A DNA stretch of 64,000 nt from Spirochaetia bacterium (GTDB taxonomy: Bacteria > Spirochaetota > Spirochaetia > SZUA-6 > Bin103), in NCBI GenBank assembly GCA_965203905.1, contig CBDBDQ010000005.1, positions 4,416,001 through 4,480,000 of the forward strand, given 5' to 3'. Below the pieces are notes generated by a model. The model made no database searches. It was given only the letters and a program-made list of their open reading frames with translations, and had not been told where the DNA came from. The first letter of the stretch is position 1; every line of letters begins with the position of its first letter. Below, piece after piece: positions 1 through 9,571 of the stretch. Made by a program: the position numbers and the translations under genes.

Positions 1-92
1 GTATCGAAGCGGATGCGTGGCCGTCTGAACGTCTGGCCGATCTCAACGTGTGCGGTTGGCTCGAAACTTGGTGATCCTAAGTAGTTGGCGTA

Positions 93-950
93 ATGTTCCG
101 GGCACGTCTCCTCGCAAAAATTTCTCATAGGTTGCACACTGATGAAGCGAGAGTCACCGTTTGTCTTGATGGACATGATGTAATCGTAAGTTCCGACCGC
201 GGCGGGCCAATTTCAAGGTCAGACTGGATCATCTTTGAGGCATGTGGGTTTTCCGATGAGGCGAGCGCATTGGAGTTTGGAGAGAAGCTTCGGACAGCGG
301 TGGAAATCGCAGGTATAGTGACGTCGCCGGCAGCCGATACTGGCACGGACACCGAGCTGGTCGACTGGGGAGATCACATGAAGGACCATCTGCCGGAAGG
401 ATACCACCATAAAAGTGAGGTCCACGGGTTACGGGTCTACTCGGATGACGAAAGATCTCTGTTTGCCTCTCTCAATGTTACTTTGGACGTAGTATCCAGT
501 CCCGCCCACTATTTCAGCCCGATGGAGGAGCTGCTGCCGCAGTCATTAGATGCGATTGATGCAAGCCTCCGGTTCGCGATACGGTCAATCAACTCCGCAA
601 AAATGACTATCGAGCCTCTGGCCAGAATCGTGGTAGCATTTGCGACCATCGAGAGGTTAGCTTCAAAGACGGACAATCGCATAGCGTATCCGCGTAAAAT
701 CGTCAGAGAATTGCTGGATGACATTGGACTGACTGAATTGAAAGAAGAATGGAGCAGCATCTATGGCCTGCGCAACAAACTGTTCCATGGAGAGTCATTG
801 AGCACGGACGTCGTTAGAAAGTTGGCTAACAGATCAATTACGTTCGTCAGCAAGTTGGTGTTGACTATGGTGTCTCGAGAAGGCATTCGTATACCCGAAA
901 TAGCAGATGTCAACGTGTGGCACAATAAAAGGGATCCGAGTGAGGATTAG
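93..950 (+). CDS. Hypothetical protein with probable C-terminal HEPN (Apea-like) domain
   Basis: 285-aa ORF; C-terminal LRNKLFHG fits the HEPN R-x4-H motif; overlaps a TA pair downstream. Confidence 0.55.
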   Translation: MFRARLLAKISHRLHTDEARVTVCLDGHDVIVSSDRGGPISRSDWIIFEACGFSDEASALEFGEKLRTAVEIAGIVTSPAADTGTDTELVDWGDHMKDHLPEGYHHKSEVHGLRVYSDDERSLFASLNVTLDVVSSPAHYFSPMEELLPQSLDAIDASLRFAIRSINSAKMTIEPLARIVVAFATIERLASKTDNRIAYPRKIVRELLDDIGLTELKEEWSSIYGLRNKLFHGESLSTDVVRKLANRSITFVSKLVLTMVSREGIRIPEIADVNVWHNKRDPSED

Positions 951-1227
951 GACCGATATTGTGGTTTGGTACGACCACGAAACTGGCCAGTGGGTATCTG
1001 GTTGTCCATTGTTGGATCTCTACTCTCAGGGAGATTCCAGAGAACAAGCCATCAGGAACATCCGGGAGGCAGCATACCTCTTCCTAACGACCTGCTGTGA
1101 GCTCGGTACCCTAACCCAGGTTCTCCAGGACTGCGGCGTGCAGTCTGATCCAAACGTCATCCCCATTTCAGTGTCTCCAGATACAGAATATCAGAAGGGT
1201 GCCGAAACTTCCGCTTCCCAGTTCTAA
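940..1227 (+). CDS. hicB: HicB-family antitoxin
   Basis: WVSGCPLLDLYSQGDSREQAIRNIREA is a HicB N-terminal signature; GTG at 940 chosen as start (overlaps upstream gene end). Confidence 0.75.
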   Translation: MRIRTDIVVWYDHETGQWVSGCPLLDLYSQGDSREQAIRNIREAAYLFLTTCCELGTLTQVLQDCGVQSDPNVIPISVSPDTEYQKGAETSASQF

Positions 1228-1432
1228 CCAGTTCAGGAGACTGATGGAGCTGGATGGTTGGTTGTTCAGACACATCAAAGGTTCCCACTTGATCATGACT
1301 AAGCAGGGAGCGATTCGCCCGGTCGTGTTCCCTGCCGATCGCAAGGAACTGTCGAGACACGTCCTCATGAGTAACCTCCGGACGGCAGGTATTTCTCACA
1401 GTAGATACCTTGAACTCATCAAAACCTCGTAG
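1199..1432 (+). CDS. hicA: HicA-family mRNA interferase toxin
   Basis: 77 aa, MPKLP...GWLFRHIKGSHLIMTK with the conserved GSH histidine; overlaps hicB. Confidence 0.8.
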   Translation: MPKLPLPSSNQFRRLMELDGWLFRHIKGSHLIMTKQGAIRPVVFPADRKELSRHVLMSNLRTAGISHSRYLELIKTS

Positions 1433-1470
1433 CTGTCACACTCGGCTGTTTCTCGCAACGCGAGCGCTAC

Positions 1471-2409
1471 TTACCGGGTTCCGGTGCGCAGGGCGTAGCG
1501 GCGTTCGGCGTAGGCGGCGTCCTCCACCCACAGGCGTCGTGCCGAGGCCTGCATCCGGCGCCGTACCAGGGTCGCGGCGCGCCGTGCCAGCCGGAACCCG
1601 AGGCGGTCGGAGAATGCCAGCGTCGCTTCGGTGATGGCGCAGATTCCGGGACGTACCCTGGTGGCGTGGGTTTCCACCACCGAGCCGGTGCCCTCGCCGT
1701 CGACGATTGTCATCACGATGGTGCGCGGGTCGGGACAGTGGAAGCGGGCATCCACCTCCACGCCCATGCGCCGGGTGGCACGGAACAACACCCGCACCGT
1801 GATGCTGTCCTCCTGCTGCTCGATGACCCGAAGCTGGCCGAACGAGTGCGGATGATAGTGGATGCCGTGCCACGGATCGAGGCGGTTGGCGAGCACGTCC
1901 TCCGGTTCGCAGTGCGCTTGCATGCGGATCACCGCGTCGAGGTAGTCCCCGGGGCGGGCGCACAGGTGGGGTCGCGGCGAAGCTGGTTCGGCGCCGTCGA
2001 GGCGCACCCAGAGCAGCACCCCGTCGTCGTGGCTGGGCAGCGGCTTCCAGCCGCCGTGGCCGCCCGGGCCAAGCACCAGCCCGTGCCACGGACACACCAG
2101 GCAGCCGTCCCGCAGCGCGCCGTCGGCCAGCGACGCGCCGAGGTGGGGGCAGGCGTTGGGCGCCACCAGGAGACCCTCCGCGCCGCGCCACACCACCAGC
2201 TCGCGGCCGTCGACCCAATAGCGAAGCGGCCGCTCGCGGATGGCGCGCACGGCGTCGATCACGTGCCAGCCGCCGGAGGGAAGCTGCAGTGCGCGCTGCA
2301 GCGCCCCTCTGATCCAGCGCGGGTCGGACTGCTGCCAGTCCGGCATCGGGCGCGGATCGGCCGGCGGCTGGCGCCCCGTCGGCGGCCGGCCAAAGCGGAA
2401 TCCCTTCAT
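1471..2409 (-). CDS. crtV: Rieske [2Fe-2S] / DUF5914 protein (CrtV-like) of aromatic carotenoid clusters
   Basis: CPHLG...CPWHG Rieske ligands, NRLDPWHG and LWVEDAAYAERRY motifs; ATG at 2409 overlaps upstream stop (ATGA). Confidence 0.75.
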   Translation of the reverse strand: MKGFRFGRPPTGRQPPADPRPMPDWQQSDPRWIRGALQRALQLPSGGWHVIDAVRAIRERPLRYWVDGRELVVWRGAEGLLVAPNACPHLGASLADGALRDGCLVCPWHGLVLGPGGHGGWKPLPSHDDGVLLWVRLDGAEPASPRPHLCARPGDYLDAVIRMQAHCEPEDVLANRLDPWHGIHYHPHSFGQLRVIEQQEDSITVRVLFRATRRMGVEVDARFHCPDPRTIVMTIVDGEGTGSVVETHATRVRPGICAITEATLAFSDRLGFRLARRAATLVRRRMQASARRLWVEDAAYAERRYALRTGTR

Positions 2410-4577
2410 GCGGCCAGCACCGGGAGCACTCCGCGCCGGCGCACGGAGGCCACCGGTTCGGGCGGCAGCCCCCAGCGTGCCAGAATCGCGTTGGCAGCGG
2501 TAAGCCCCGCCGTGGCGGCTCGCTCCATCAGGGCGGCGGGTTGCGCCAGGCGCACGAAGTCGCCGGCCAGGTACACCCCCGGGTAGGGGGTGGCGACGCC
2601 CGGACGCGAGGCATGGGAGCCGGGGGCGAACGCCGGGCAATCGCGGCGCAGGAGGAACACGTCGTCGAGCACCTGCGCCGCGCGGGTCTCCGGGTAGAGC
2701 TGGTGCAGGCCGCGCAGCATCGTGCCCTTGAGTTGCTCTTCGGCCGCGGTCTCGGGCACCGCATAGGCGTGCAACTCCACCACGGAACCACCGTGCGCCT
2801 GGGCCCAGGTTCGGCTTTCGTCCTCGAACAGGTGATACAACGAGATGTTGTCCAGCAGGGGGAACCCGGCGGTACCCGCGAACGGCGCGCGGCCCGGCGC
2901 CGTGGGGCGGTCCAGCCACAGGCGCCACACCGCGAACGGCAGCGTCACCCCCAGGCTGCCGACCTGGGCCGGCCACGAGCCGCCGCCGAAGGGCGACGCG
3001 CGCAGCAGGCGCTGCAGCCCGGGCACGTCCAGTGCCAGTACCAGGGCGTCTCCCACTGCCGGGGCGCCCGCATCGGCCACTACCGCCCAAGACCCTTCCG
3101 TACGCCGGACCGCGCGTGCCGCCGTGCCGGTGCGCACGCGCGCCTGGAGCGTGGCCAGGTAGCGCTGCAGGGGTTGCCAGATCGCCGACGAGAAGGGCGC
3201 CCGCGCCACGTCGAAGATGAGCCCCTCCGGATTCCCCATGAAGTAGAAGTGGAACATCATGAGGAGCTCCGCGGCGGACATCTCCGGTTCGGGGTTGAAG
3301 AAGGAGTGTGCAAACACGTCGAACAGCATGCGCCGCGCCGGGGCCGGAAAGCGCAGCGAATCAAGGTAGGCGGTCGCGGAGCGGTGATCGTGCCGGCGAT
3401 AGGTGTGGAACTGGTCGAAGGCCAGCATCGACAGTGCCGCCCGCAGGCCTGCCCCGCGCAGCGCGGGCAGGGTGAGCTCGGGTGTGCGGCGGGTGAGGGC
3501 GATGAAGTTCCACGGCGCACGGTGCGGGAGGCCGGCAAACGACTGGTGAGCGCCGTCGGGTCCCAGGATGGGGTAGTCGTGCAGCGGAACCAGGAGCTCG
3601 AGGCCGGGCGAAATGCGGCGCAACAGGCTGCGCAGGTTGTAGTACTGGCGGAAGAAGGCGTGAAATCCGCGCTCCATCTGCACGGTCTCGCCGGTGGCCA
3701 ACTCCAGCGGGAAGGCGCCGGCGCGACCGCCGAGGCCGGGTTCCCGCTCCAGGAGTGTAGTGGCGATGCCGCGTTCCGCCAGCACCACGGCGGCCGCCAC
3801 CCCCGCGATGCCGCCGCCCACCACCACCGCCGTGCGAGGAGCGGCCGGTTTGTCTGCGCGACCGGCCTGGCGTTGCGGCCCCGGACGCTGCGCCAGGAAG
3901 GAGTGCACGATGCCGCGCTGCCAGCCGCCCATCGGCATGGTACGCACCGCGGAGAAGCCGGCGATTCGCAGGCGGCGCTCGAAGGCGGCGACGCTGTCGA
4001 AGGCCAGGACACTGCGGCGCAGGTAGGTGAACAGGCTGGCGTCACCGGCCACGACGCGCGCCAGAGGGGTCACGATCAGGGTGGTGACCAGCCGCCACAC
4101 CAGGCTGCTCCAGTGCGAGCCCGCCACCGAGTATTCGTGGAAGCAGACGCGCGCCCCCGGAGCCAGCAGCTTCCGCAGCGCGGTCAGACAGGCGTCCCGT
4201 GCGACCACGTTGCGGATGCCGTAGGCCATCAGGATGCCGTCGAACTCGCCGTCCACCCCCGCGCCGCGTGGGTCGGTGGCGTCGCCGTGGAGGAACGTGA
4301 CGTCGGCCAGCTCGGGGCGCGTGCGTGCCACCTGCAGCATGTCCGCTGCCACGTCGAGTCCCACCAGGGTGGCGTGCGGATAGACGGCGCGCAGCGCCAG
4401 CGTGGACTGACCGGTGCCGCAGCACAGATCGAGGATGCGCGCATCCGGCGCCAGTTGCAGGCGCCGGGCGCTCAGCGTCAGGTGCCTGCGGTACCCCGGA
4501 TTGAGCGCCACCATCAAATCGTAAGCACCGGCGACCCGGTTGAAACCGGTCGCCAGCGTCTCCCGGCTGCGCTTCAT
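2406..4577 (-). CDS. crtU: Fusion of a class I SAM methyltransferase (CrtT-like) and an FAD-dependent isorenieratene synthase (CrtU-like)
   Basis: N-half LDLCCGTG, AYGIRNV, HEYSV, GWQRGIVH; C-half VVGGGIAG, ERGFHAFFRQYYNLR, LMERAATAG; one uninterrupted frame; ATG at 4577 overlaps crtB stop. Confidence 0.8.
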   Translation of the reverse strand: MKRSRETLATGFNRVAGAYDLMVALNPGYRRHLTLSARRLQLAPDARILDLCCGTGQSTLALRAVYPHATLVGLDVAADMLQVARTRPELADVTFLHGDATDPRGAGVDGEFDGILMAYGIRNVVARDACLTALRKLLAPGARVCFHEYSVAGSHWSSLVWRLVTTLIVTPLARVVAGDASLFTYLRRSVLAFDSVAAFERRLRIAGFSAVRTMPMGGWQRGIVHSFLAQRPGPQRQAGRADKPAAPRTAVVVGGGIAGVAAAVVLAERGIATTLLEREPGLGGRAGAFPLELATGETVQMERGFHAFFRQYYNLRSLLRRISPGLELLVPLHDYPILGPDGAHQSFAGLPHRAPWNFIALTRRTPELTLPALRGAGLRAALSMLAFDQFHTYRRHDHRSATAYLDSLRFPAPARRMLFDVFAHSFFNPEPEMSAAELLMMFHFYFMGNPEGLIFDVARAPFSSAIWQPLQRYLATLQARVRTGTAARAVRRTEGSWAVVADAGAPAVGDALVLALDVPGLQRLLRASPFGGGSWPAQVGSLGVTLPFAVWRLWLDRPTAPGRAPFAGTAGFPLLDNISLYHLFEDESRTWAQAHGGSVVELHAYAVPETAAEEQLKGTMLRGLHQLYPETRAAQVLDDVFLLRRDCPAFAPGSHASRPGVATPYPGVYLAGDFVRLAQPAALMERAATAGLTAANAILARWGLPPEPVASVRRRGVLPVLAA

Positions 4578-5542
4578 CCCAGCTCCAGCTCGGCAAACCG
4601 CAGCACGCGGCGAGGGGCCCGGAAGCGGCCACGACCGGCACGCGAGCGGGCCGGCATCTCGGCGGCGGCAGCCCAGGCGGCGCCGGCGGTGGCCCGCAGT
4701 TTGCCGGCGAGGGGCACTACCGCCCGGCCGGAGGTAACGTCGCAACCGGCGGCCCGAATGCGGCCACCGATGGCGGCGTAGATGCTGCGCGCGGCGCGGA
4801 TCGACAAGGCGGCACGCCACGGCAGCGCCAGGAATCCCTCTTCCGCCGAGCCGTAGAAACGCGCCGCCAGATCCAGCGTCCGCGCCACTACGGCGCGCAA
4901 CGGATCGCGCGCGGCGACCGGGAACGGACCTCCCAGCAGTGCCGGCAGGTGCGCGAGGCGGGCCGGCTCCAGGAAGGTCCTCGGCAGGTAGAGCCGTCCC
5001 AGCTCCCAATCCTCGACCACGTCGCGGCAGATGTTGGTGAGCTGCATCGCCATGCCAAGACGCGCCGCCGCCGGCATGGCGGTGTCGTCACGCAGGCCCA
5101 TCACGTGCGACATCATCAGGCCGACGGTTCCGGCGACCCGGTAGCAGTAGTGCAGGAGCGTAGGCAGATTGTCGTAGGTGGGACGCTCCAGATCCATCCG
5201 CATCCCCGCCAGCATCTCGCGCGGGTAGTGTGAGGGCATGCCGGTGGCGCGGGCGACGGCGCCGAAGGCGTCGAGCGCGCGGTCGCCGGTCGGCGTGCCG
5301 GCCGCCAGCAGGTCGAGCTCGCGCTCCAGCGCCGCCAGGGCGCCCGCGCGCGCCGCCGGTGCGGCACCGTCGACCGCGTCGTCCGCCCGCCGGCACCAGG
5401 CGTACACCACCAGCGCCCCGCTGCGGGCGCCCCGCGGCAGCAGGCGCGCGGCCAGCGCGAAGCTCTTCGAGCCCGCCGCAATCCGCCGCCGGCAGTCCGC
5501 CTCCACCTCGGGTGCGACGGCCAGTTGAGGGGCGCGGTTCAT
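4574..5542 (-). CDS. crtB: Phytoene synthase
   Basis: GSKSFALAA, CRRADDAVD, YCYRVAGTVG, QLTNICRDVVED, GRLYLP; ATG at 5542 overlaps crtI stop. Confidence 0.93.
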   Translation of the reverse strand: MNRAPQLAVAPEVEADCRRRIAAGSKSFALAARLLPRGARSGALVVYAWCRRADDAVDGAAPAARAGALAALERELDLLAAGTPTGDRALDAFGAVARATGMPSHYPREMLAGMRMDLERPTYDNLPTLLHYCYRVAGTVGLMMSHVMGLRDDTAMPAAARLGMAMQLTNICRDVVEDWELGRLYLPRTFLEPARLAHLPALLGGPFPVAARDPLRAVVARTLDLAARFYGSAEEGFLALPWRAALSIRAARSIYAAIGGRIRAAGCDVTSGRAVVPLAGKLRATAGAAWAAAAEMPARSRAGRGRFRAPRRVLRFAELELG

Positions 5543-7095
5543 GGTGCCAGGTCGGCAAGCACCAGGTCGGCTGTCGCCCGTGCCGAGTTGAGCACGCCGG
5601 GAATGCCGGCGCCGGGATGGGTGCCGGCGCCCACCAGGTAGAGATTCGGAATCCGCGGATCGCGGTTGTGCATCCGAAACCACGCGCTCTGGGTGAGCGT
5701 GGGCGCCAGGGAGAACGCGCTTCCGCGGTAGGCGTTGAGGTCGCGGCGGAAATCGAGCGGCGTCATCCAGTGGCGCAGCACGACGTGGGCGCGCAGATCG
5801 GGCAGCACGCGCTCCAGTGCCGCCAGGACGCGCTCGGCGTAGGCGCCGGCAATTTCTTCCCACGGCAGCTCGGCGTTGCCCAGGTGGGGGACCGGCGCCA
5901 GCACGTAGAAGGCACCGCAGCCGGACGGCGCCAGCCCGGGGTCGGTCACGTGCGGGGCATGCAGGTAGAGGGAGAAGTCCTCCGGCAGTCCGTCGCCATG
6001 GAAGATGTCGGCCAGCAGCTCGCGATAGCGCGGTCCGAACAGCACGGTGTGATGCGCCACCCGGTCGCGGTAGTCACGGTCGGTGCCGAAGTACAGCACG
6101 AACAGGGACATCGACCAGGTGGAGCGCTCCAGCCGGCGGCGCCGCCGGTCGGCCGCGGCGGTACCCCGATAGAGCGCGGCGTAGGTGTGATGTACGTCGG
6201 CATTCGAGACCACCGCGTCGAAGCGCTCGCGGCGCTCGGCGCCCTCGCTCGCGAAGGTTACCAGGTGGGCCGCGCCGCCGCGGCTGCCGCTGACTTCGAT
6301 CCGGTGCACCGGGCTCTGCAGCAGCAGCCGGCCGCCGAGGGAGGTGAACAGGGTGGCCAGGGCACCCACCAGGGCGCCGACGCCGCCGCGCGGGAAGAAC
6401 ACTCCCCAGCGCCGTTCCAGGAAGTGGATAAGCGTGTAGATGGCGCTGGTCTCGAACGGATTGCCACCTACCAGGAGGGAGTGGAAACTGAGCGCCTGGC
6501 GCACCCGCTCGTCGCGAATGAAGTGCGCCACGGCGTGATACACCGAGCGGTCGGCGCGCAGCGCGGCGAGTTTGGGCGCCACCCGTACCATGTCCCAGAA
6601 GCGCAGGAACGGTGTCGCCGCGAGCTCTTCGTAGCCGGCCTTGAACACCGCGCCCGCGTAATCGTGAAAACGGCGGTAGCCGGCTGCGTCCGCCGGGTTC
6701 CGGCGCGCGATCTCCGCCTCCAGCGCCGCCCCGTCCGAGCAGTAGTCGAGGAAATCGCCGTCCGGCCACAGCAGCCGGTAGAGTGGGTCGACGGCGATCA
6801 GCTCCACGTGGTCCGCCAGATTGCTGCCGGCGAGGTGGAACAGATCCTCCAGCAGGGTGGGATCGGTAATCACCGTCGGACCCATGTCGAATCTGAACCC
6901 GTCCCGTTGCCACACGTAGGCGCGCCCGCCGGGACGCTCGCGGGCCTCCAGCAGGGTGGTCTCGACTCCCGCCGCCTGCAGGCGGATGGCGGTGGCGAGT
7001 CCACCGAAGCCGCTGCCCACCACGGCGACTCGCAACGGTCCCTGCGGCAGCGGGCGTGAGGTTCCGCGCCGCGCGACGGCCGGTGTCACGGTCAC
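5539..7095 (-). CDS. crtI: Phytoene desaturase
   Basis: VVGSGFGG, FDMGPTVITDP, SFHSLLVGGNPF, YLVGAGTHPGAGIPGV; GTG at 7095 overlaps crtY stop. Confidence 0.93.
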   Translation of the reverse strand: MTVTPAVARRGTSRPLPQGPLRVAVVGSGFGGLATAIRLQAAGVETTLLEARERPGGRAYVWQRDGFRFDMGPTVITDPTLLEDLFHLAGSNLADHVELIAVDPLYRLLWPDGDFLDYCSDGAALEAEIARRNPADAAGYRRFHDYAGAVFKAGYEELAATPFLRFWDMVRVAPKLAALRADRSVYHAVAHFIRDERVRQALSFHSLLVGGNPFETSAIYTLIHFLERRWGVFFPRGGVGALVGALATLFTSLGGRLLLQSPVHRIEVSGSRGGAAHLVTFASEGAERRERFDAVVSNADVHHTYAALYRGTAAADRRRRRLERSTWSMSLFVLYFGTDRDYRDRVAHHTVLFGPRYRELLADIFHGDGLPEDFSLYLHAPHVTDPGLAPSGCGAFYVLAPVPHLGNAELPWEEIAGAYAERVLAALERVLPDLRAHVVLRHWMTPLDFRRDLNAYRGSAFSLAPTLTQSAWFRMHNRDPRIPNLYLVGAGTHPGAGIPGVLNSARATADLVLADLAP

Positions 7096-8357
7096 CGCGA
7101 CCTCTGCGCGGCCCCGGCGGGACGACCGGCGGCCCCTCCGGCAGCGGTGGCGCCGGCAGCGTGCGCCGGGCTGGAGCCAGCGGCACCAGCCGCTTGCGGA
7201 GTCCGCCGCGATCGGTGCCAGGTCCGCCATTGGCGCAGCGACAGGCCCCGCGGGGGGCGCCCGCCGAGGATGCGGATCTTGTCTCGCCGGTTGAGGCGCA
7301 GGCTGAACAGGCGCCGGATGGTGGGTTCGGGCAGGCGAAAGAAGCGGGCGAAGACGGCGCGCCGCGCGGGCGCCGGGTAACCGCGGAACAGCAGCCGGTT
7401 CAGCAGGCAGCAGAAGCGTGCGCGCCGCTGCAACCGCAGCCGGGCGGCCGTGGCGGCCGCCGCCAGCGCCGCGGGCGGGGTGGCGGCCACCAGCTCCGCC
7501 AGTTCCGCGGCCTGCGGCAGCGAGTAGCCGGTGCCGGGGTGGAACCAGCCGCCGCCGTAGCCCCCTTGCACTACGCCGCGGTCGGCCGCCGGAGGCGGCG
7601 GCATCCGCAACGGCATCGGCAGCACGCCCCGCTCGCTGCGGTCGACCGTCTCCGGCTGCCAGCCGTGGTGCCGCAGCCAGGCCGCGATGCCCTCCCGCCG
7701 CTGCTCCACGTCGAGCTCGGGGCCATCGGAGAAGGTAGTATCTTCCAGCAGCGCGCGCCGCGCGTCCAGGGGCAGCACGTACATGAACCGAAACCCGTCG
7801 TGCTGATCGACGGTGGCGTCCATCACGATGGGTCGGGTGAGCCCGTGCGGCGCGCGCAACGTAACCTCCTGGCCGTAGAACTTCTGGTAGCCGCATTCCG
7901 GGTCGGGAGTTCGCGCACCGCGGGCATCGATCACCATGCGCGCTTCCAGCCGGCGGCCGTCGCCCAGGTGCAGGGTGGTCGACTCCAGGTGCCGGACCGG
8001 CGCCCGTTCCCAGAGCAGGGCGCCGCGGGCGCTCAGCATGGTGCGTACCGCATTGCGCAGGCGCGGGCTCGAAATCATGAAGTAGGGCGTGGCCAGTACC
8101 CTTCGATAGCCGGGGAAGCGCACCTCGTAGCTGCTCCAGCTATGGACAACGAACGCACCGACCCAGCGCTGCATCGCGGGCGACAGATCGCCGCCGTAGT
8201 AGCACCAGGTGTGGTTGCCGCCTACCGTCTCCTGCTCCACCAGCGCCAGGCGCCGCCAGGCCTCCGCGCCCGGTGCGGCCCGATGTCCGTGCAGCGCTGC
8301 CACGATGAGCGCGTTCTGCAACCCGCCGCCGCACAGGGCGAGGTCGACCGTTGCCAT
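7092..8357 (-). CDS. crtY: Lycopene beta-cyclase (proteobacterial CrtY type)
   Basis: CGGGLQN, GGNHTW, YEVRFP, YQKFYG, PIVMDATVDQ, FHPGTGYSLP; ATG at 8357. Confidence 0.88.
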   Translation of the reverse strand: MATVDLALCGGGLQNALIVAALHGHRAAPGAEAWRRLALVEQETVGGNHTWCYYGGDLSPAMQRWVGAFVVHSWSSYEVRFPGYRRVLATPYFMISSPRLRNAVRTMLSARGALLWERAPVRHLESTTLHLGDGRRLEARMVIDARGARTPDPECGYQKFYGQEVTLRAPHGLTRPIVMDATVDQHDGFRFMYVLPLDARRALLEDTTFSDGPELDVEQRREGIAAWLRHHGWQPETVDRSERGVLPMPLRMPPPPAADRGVVQGGYGGGWFHPGTGYSLPQAAELAELVAATPPAALAAAATAARLRLQRRARFCCLLNRLLFRGYPAPARRAVFARFFRLPEPTIRRLFSLRLNRRDKIRILGGRPPRGLSLRQWRTWHRSRRTPQAAGAAGSSPAHAAGATAAGGAAGRPAGAAQRSR

Positions 8358-8380
8358 GGCCGGCAGCCGCCTGGCGTGCT

Positions 8381-9559
8381 TCAGGGACGGCGCGCCAGCA
8401 TGGCGCCGATCATCCGCCGCAGCGACTCCCGGTGCACCGGCTCCACCGGCAACGCCGCAATACGCTCCATCGCCGCGGCCGAAGAACGCTGCAGGTGACG
8501 TCCGATGAGCCCGCGAATGCCCGCGCGGTCGACCGCCGCGCGCACCCGGTGCAGGTCGGCCGGCTGCAGTTCGCCGTTGCCGAACAGCGGCTTGAGCTGT
8601 GCCCACTCGGGTGCGGGAAGCAGGCGGTCGAGCAGAGCGTAGAACAGCGTATGCCGGCCCTCCCGCACGTCCGTCCCTACCGGCTTGCCCAGCGCTTCCG
8701 CGTCTCCGAACAGGTCGAGCTCGTCGTCAATCACCTGGAACATCTCACCCATCGCCTGGCCGATGGCCGCCAGTTCAGCCACCGTGTCCCGCTGCAGCCG
8801 GCCCAGCAGGCCGCCGACGGTGAGCGGCAATGCGCAGGAGTACCCGGCCGTCTTCTGAGCGTATACGTCGAGAATGGCGGCGTCGCTGCCGTTGTGATGT
8901 AGCGCCAGGCGCATCTCGTGCAACTCGCCGAGTCCCGCGGCGCCCACCGTCCGGGTGACCGCGGTGAGGACGCGGCGCTTGATACGCTCCTCGACATCCA
9001 GTTGGGCGAGCATCTCGAAGGCAAAGAAGAAGCCGATGTCGCCGGCGCAGAGGGCCATGCTGCGACCGATGTGGGCGGCCTCCGCGGCACCGCGGGCAGC
9101 CGCGAGCTGCGCGTAGCGGACGTGCCAGGAGGGCTGACCGCGGCGCTCGTCGCTGCGGTCGATGATGTCGTCATGAATCAGCATGGCCGAGTGCAGCAGT
9201 TCCAGGGCTGACGCGCAGCGCAGTACGTCGTCGGTCAGTTGTCGGCTGCCGCTCATGCGATAGGCGAGCACCACCAGCATGGCGCGCATCATCTTTCCGC
9301 GGCCGACGTACTGCGCGTAGCGGCCAGCCACGTCACCGGTCCCGTCGGAGCGCTGTTTGGCCTCCAGAAACCGGTGCAGGTAGGCTTCCACCGCGGCGCG
9401 GTCGTGGCGCGCAAAGAGAACCTGAGTGGCGGGCCGGCCGACGGTCGCTGGCAACCCGGTCACCTCCTGCCGCCCCGAAACCGCCGCCTCGCGGCGCCGC
9501 TTTCGGCCCAGCCCAGCCTCACGTACGGAGTCCTGTCGGATCTGCCGTGGGCGCGCCAC
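8381..9559 (-). CDS. crtE: Polyprenyl (geranylgeranyl) diphosphate synthase
   Basis: GKMMR, LIHDDIIDRSDERRG (FARM), KTAGYS, FQVIDDELD (SARM); start uncertain. Confidence 0.88.
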   Translation of the reverse strand: MARPRQIRQDSVREAGLGRKRRREAAVSGRQEVTGLPATVGRPATQVLFARHDRAAVEAYLHRFLEAKQRSDGTGDVAGRYAQYVGRGKMMRAMLVVLAYRMSGSRQLTDDVLRCASALELLHSAMLIHDDIIDRSDERRGQPSWHVRYAQLAAARGAAEAAHIGRSMALCAGDIGFFFAFEMLAQLDVEERIKRRVLTAVTRTVGAAGLGELHEMRLALHHNGSDAAILDVYAQKTAGYSCALPLTVGGLLGRLQRDTVAELAAIGQAMGEMFQVIDDELDLFGDAEALGKPVGTDVREGRHTLFYALLDRLLPAPEWAQLKPLFGNGELQPADLHRVRAAVDRAGIRGLIGRHLQRSSAAAMERIAALPVEPVHRESLRRMIGAMLARRP

Positions 9560-9571
9560 TCCGCCAGCCTC

